Assembly (NCBI GenBank): GCA_014382705.1
Contig: JACNJE010000101.1
Span: 9,211 to 73,210 of the forward strand
Length of the DNA stretch: 64,000 bases
Source of the DNA: Verrucomicrobiota bacterium
GTDB taxonomy: Bacteria > Verrucomicrobiota > Verrucomicrobiia > Limisphaerales > UBA1096
Direction: 5' to 3'
Part shown: piece after piece, positions 61,733 to 64,000 of the stretch
Numbering within the stretch: position 1 is the stretch's first letter
Layout: the number at the start of each line of letters is the position of its first letter
The notes under the pieces: generated by a model
Told to the model about the DNA's origin: nothing
Database searches by the model: none
Seen by the model: the letters and a program-made list of their open reading frames with translations, nothing else
Position numbers and translations under genes: made by a program

Positions 61733-64000
61733 ATGGAAACACACGAACTGGCGGCCCGGATCACGCGATTGTCCCTCAATCGCCCGGTGACGATGTTTGT
61801 GCTGTTCCTCACGATCATCATCGTCGGGGTGATCGCCGCCAGCCGGCTCAAGCTCGAGCTGTTCCCGCAAGGCTTCGAGGGCCACTCGCTGCAGGTGCGC
61901 GTGCCGTGGAACGCCTCCGTGCCGCAGGAGGTGATGGACAAGCTGGCCCTCCCGCTCGAGGAGGAGCTGAGCACGGTGCGGGGCGTCGACTCGATGCGCT
62001 CCTCCTGCTCCTCCCGGGGCGCCTCGGTCTACCTGAACTTCAAGCAAGGCACCGACATGGCCGTGGCCTACCGCGAGGTGCGCGACCGGGTGGAGCGGGC
62101 CAGGCTGCGCTTCCCCGACGACGTCGAGCGGGCGTACGTCTACAAGATGGACGCCTCCGGGTTCCCGGTCTGCATGATCGGCATCGCCTACGAGACGGAC
62201 GGCGACCTGTACGACCTGGTCAACAAGCATATCATCATGCCGCTCTCGCGCCTCGACGGCGTGGCCAACGTCGAAACCCGGGGCCTGATGGAGAAGGAGA
62301 TCATCATCGAGGCCGACAAGGATCGCACCGAGGCGTACGGCCTGAACATTTACGACCTTTCCCGACAGTTGCGCGGCGACAACTTCACGCTGGCGAGCGG
62401 CAACGTCCGCGACGGCGGCAAGAAATATCTCCTTAAATCCTCCAGCGCCTACCGGACAATGGAGGAACTGCGCCACCTGCCGTTGAGCACCAATGTGGTT
62501 CTCAGCGACGTCGCCGTGCTGAAGTACGAGCCGGAGGAACGGCGCTTCGCCGCCCGCGTGAACGGCAAGCAGGCGATGATGGTGACGGTCGTCAAGGAGA
62601 GTCAGGCCAACACCGTCGAGGTCTGCGACCTTATCGAGGCCGAGGTGGAGCGGATTCAGGCCAACCCGGCGTTGAAGGGCTTCGACCTGAACATCCACAT
62701 GAACCAGGGGAGCATCGTGATGGAGCAGCTCAACACCCTGTTCACCAACGGCCGGATCGGCGCCTTCTTCGCCGCCTGCGTGTTGTACATCTTCCTGCGC
62801 CGGGCGCGGATGACGCTGATCATCGCCGGGGCCATCCCGCTCTGCCTGTTCATCGCCGTGGCCACGATGTACTTCGCCGGCGAGAGCCTGAACCTGCTGA
62901 CCATCCTCGGCCTGGTGCTGTGCGTCGGGCTGCTGGTGGACAACTCCGTGGTGGTCGCCGAGAATATTCAGCGTCATTACCAAGCCGGCATGAGCCGCCG
63001 CGACGCCTGCATCAAGGGCGTGCAGGAGATCGGCCTGGCCATCACCACGGCCACGTTCACCACGGTGATCGTGTTCCTGCCGGCCGTGCTGGTGGAGGGC
63101 GAGATGCGTTTCTTCATGATGCGCCTGGCCCTGCCGGTGGTAGTGGCGCTGCTTGCCTCGCTGGGCGTGGCGCTGGCGTTCATCCCGCTCTGCGTCTACC
63201 TGACGCTCTCCTCCCGGACGGGCTCACCGTCCGCTTGGCCAAGCCGCATGGCAGCGACGTTCCGTGTCCGGCTTGGCAGGCTGTACGAGGCATCGTTCGG
63301 CCGGTTCAGCCGCGGATACAACCGGGCGCTTGGCTACTACTTGAAGCGCCGGCTGGACTTGGGCTTCCTGCTCATCGCCCTTCTGGCCGCCACGTTTTTT
63401 TACGCCTACGAGAAGGTCGGCTTCTCGCCCCAGCAGGAGGAGGAGATGTCGTCGTTCCACCTGTCGTTCCGCTTTCCCAGCCGATTCACCTTCGACGAGC
63501 GCACCGAATACTTCAAGGAGGTCGAGAGAATACTCAACGCACGGAAGGACCACTACGAGCTGGACGGGTTCATTGTCTTTTACAGCACCTGGTTCGGCTC
63601 GCTGGAGGGGTGGTTCGCGCGGAACCGGGAGGGCATCGTGCCGACACGCGAGGTGGCCGAGCGAATCTACAAGGAACTGCCCGAGCGGCCCGGCCTGAAG
63701 ATTCATTATCAGCGCTTCGGCGAGGAGGAGGAACGGCAGGACCGCAAGGAACGGCATTACGTCCGGCTGGTTGGCGACGACCCCGAGCTGCTTGAGAATA
63801 TCGCCGACGACCTCAAGCCGATCTTTCGCAACATTCCGGGCGTGGTCGCCCTGCAGGAGCGCGAGGACGATACCCCCAACGAGCTGGCGCTAATCGTCGA
63901 CCGCGACCGCGCCAGCGCCATCGGGGTGAACCCCTCCACCCTCGCTGGCATGGTCGGCAACGCCCTGCGCGGCAGCACCCTCCCGCGCTTCAGCAGCGAC
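61733..64000 (+). CDS. RND efflux permease (paralog 3; 3' end outside the window)
   Basis: Absent from the ORF track because it has no stop in the window. Hand translation from ATG 61733 is open to 64000 and parallels paralog 2 (ITRLSLNRPVTMFVLFLTIIIVG, GLLVDNSVVVAENI). Confidence 0.85.
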   Translation, partial: METHELAARITRLSLNRPVTMFVLFLTIIIVGVIAASRLKLELFPQGFEGHSLQVRVPWNASVPQEVMDKLALPLEEELSTVRGVDSMRSSCSSRGASVYLNFKQGTDMAVAYREVRDRVERARLRFPDDVERAYVYKMDASGFPVCMIGIAYETDGDLYDLVNKHIIMPLSRLDGVANVETRGLMEKEIIIEADKDRTEAYGLNIYDLSRQLRGDNFTLASGNVRDGGKKYLLKSSSAYRTMEELRHLPLSTNVVLSDVAVLKYEPEERRFAARVNGKQAMMVTVVKESQANTVEVCDLIEAEVERIQANPALKGFDLNIHMNQGSIVMEQLNTLFTNGRIGAFFAACVLYIFLRRARMTLIIAGAIPLCLFIAVATMYFAGESLNLLTILGLVLCVGLLVDNSVVVAENIQRHYQAGMSRRDACIKGVQEIGLAITTATFTTVIVFLPAVLVEGEMRFFMMRLALPVVVALLASLGVALAFIPLCVYLTLSSRTGSPSAWPSRMAATFRVRLGRLYEASFGRFSRGYNRALGYYLKRRLDLGFLLIALLAATFFYAYEKVGFSPQQEEEMSSFHLSFRFPSRFTFDERTEYFKEVERILNARKDHYELDGFIVFYSTWFGSLEGWFARNREGIVPTREVAERIYKELPERPGLKIHYQRFGEEEERQDRKERHYVRLVGDDPELLENIADDLKPIFRNIPGVVALQEREDDTPNELALIVDRDRASAIGVNPSTLAGMVGNALRGSTLPRFSSD

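Noticed and set aside
802-63244. Iterated palindrome as a CRISPR array, or as an adapter or assembly artefact
   Set aside because: Copies are irregularly spaced from tens of bp to several kb, with no constant spacer length and no cas genes. They are embedded in frame in conserved genes with varied flanks, which argues against contamination or artefact.

Overview
High-GC (about 65% by eye) bacterial chromosomal segment. Three Cys-type sulfatases, a prepilin-leader protein and secreted ankyrin and beta-propeller proteins suggest a PVC-group organism (Verrucomicrobiota/Planctomycetota); this is inference only. I call about 47 protein genes, two of them cut by the window edges and absent from the ORF track, plus one tRNA-Glu(CUC). 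There is no rRNA, CRISPR array or transposase. Housekeeping genes include fabD, lysS, aspartate kinase, folC, rplU-rpmA with an intrinsic terminator, obg, ychF, a cysteine desulfurase, class II RNR nrdJ with a putative NrdR-box pair, uppP and ExbB/ExbD. Accessory content includes an ABC exporter with glycosyltransferases, two RelE/ParE-type toxin loci, an HNH nuclease, a low-GC islet with a collagen-like/pentapeptide protein, an 881-aa secreted ankyrin protein, and one adaptor gene followed by three RND permeases. Two signals stand out. (1) At 12.0-18.2 kb a TIR-fold protein and a membrane-anchored STAND NTPase form an operon that faces a TPR/DUF4071-SLOG-like-class III cyclase fusion. I cannot assign this combination of immune-signalling domains to any named system. 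(2) A highly iterated palindrome, core GCTTGGCCAAGC extending to 18 bp, is far over-represented. By hand count there are about 34 exact 12-mers and about 70 TTGGCCAA cores. It sits in intergenic spacers and in frame inside genes, and it is absent from the low-GC segments. Several structured intergenic repeat families are also present. Many long ORFs in the track are antisense or off-frame shadows typical of high-GC DNA and were rejected. All counts and coordinates were derived by hand and should be recomputed.
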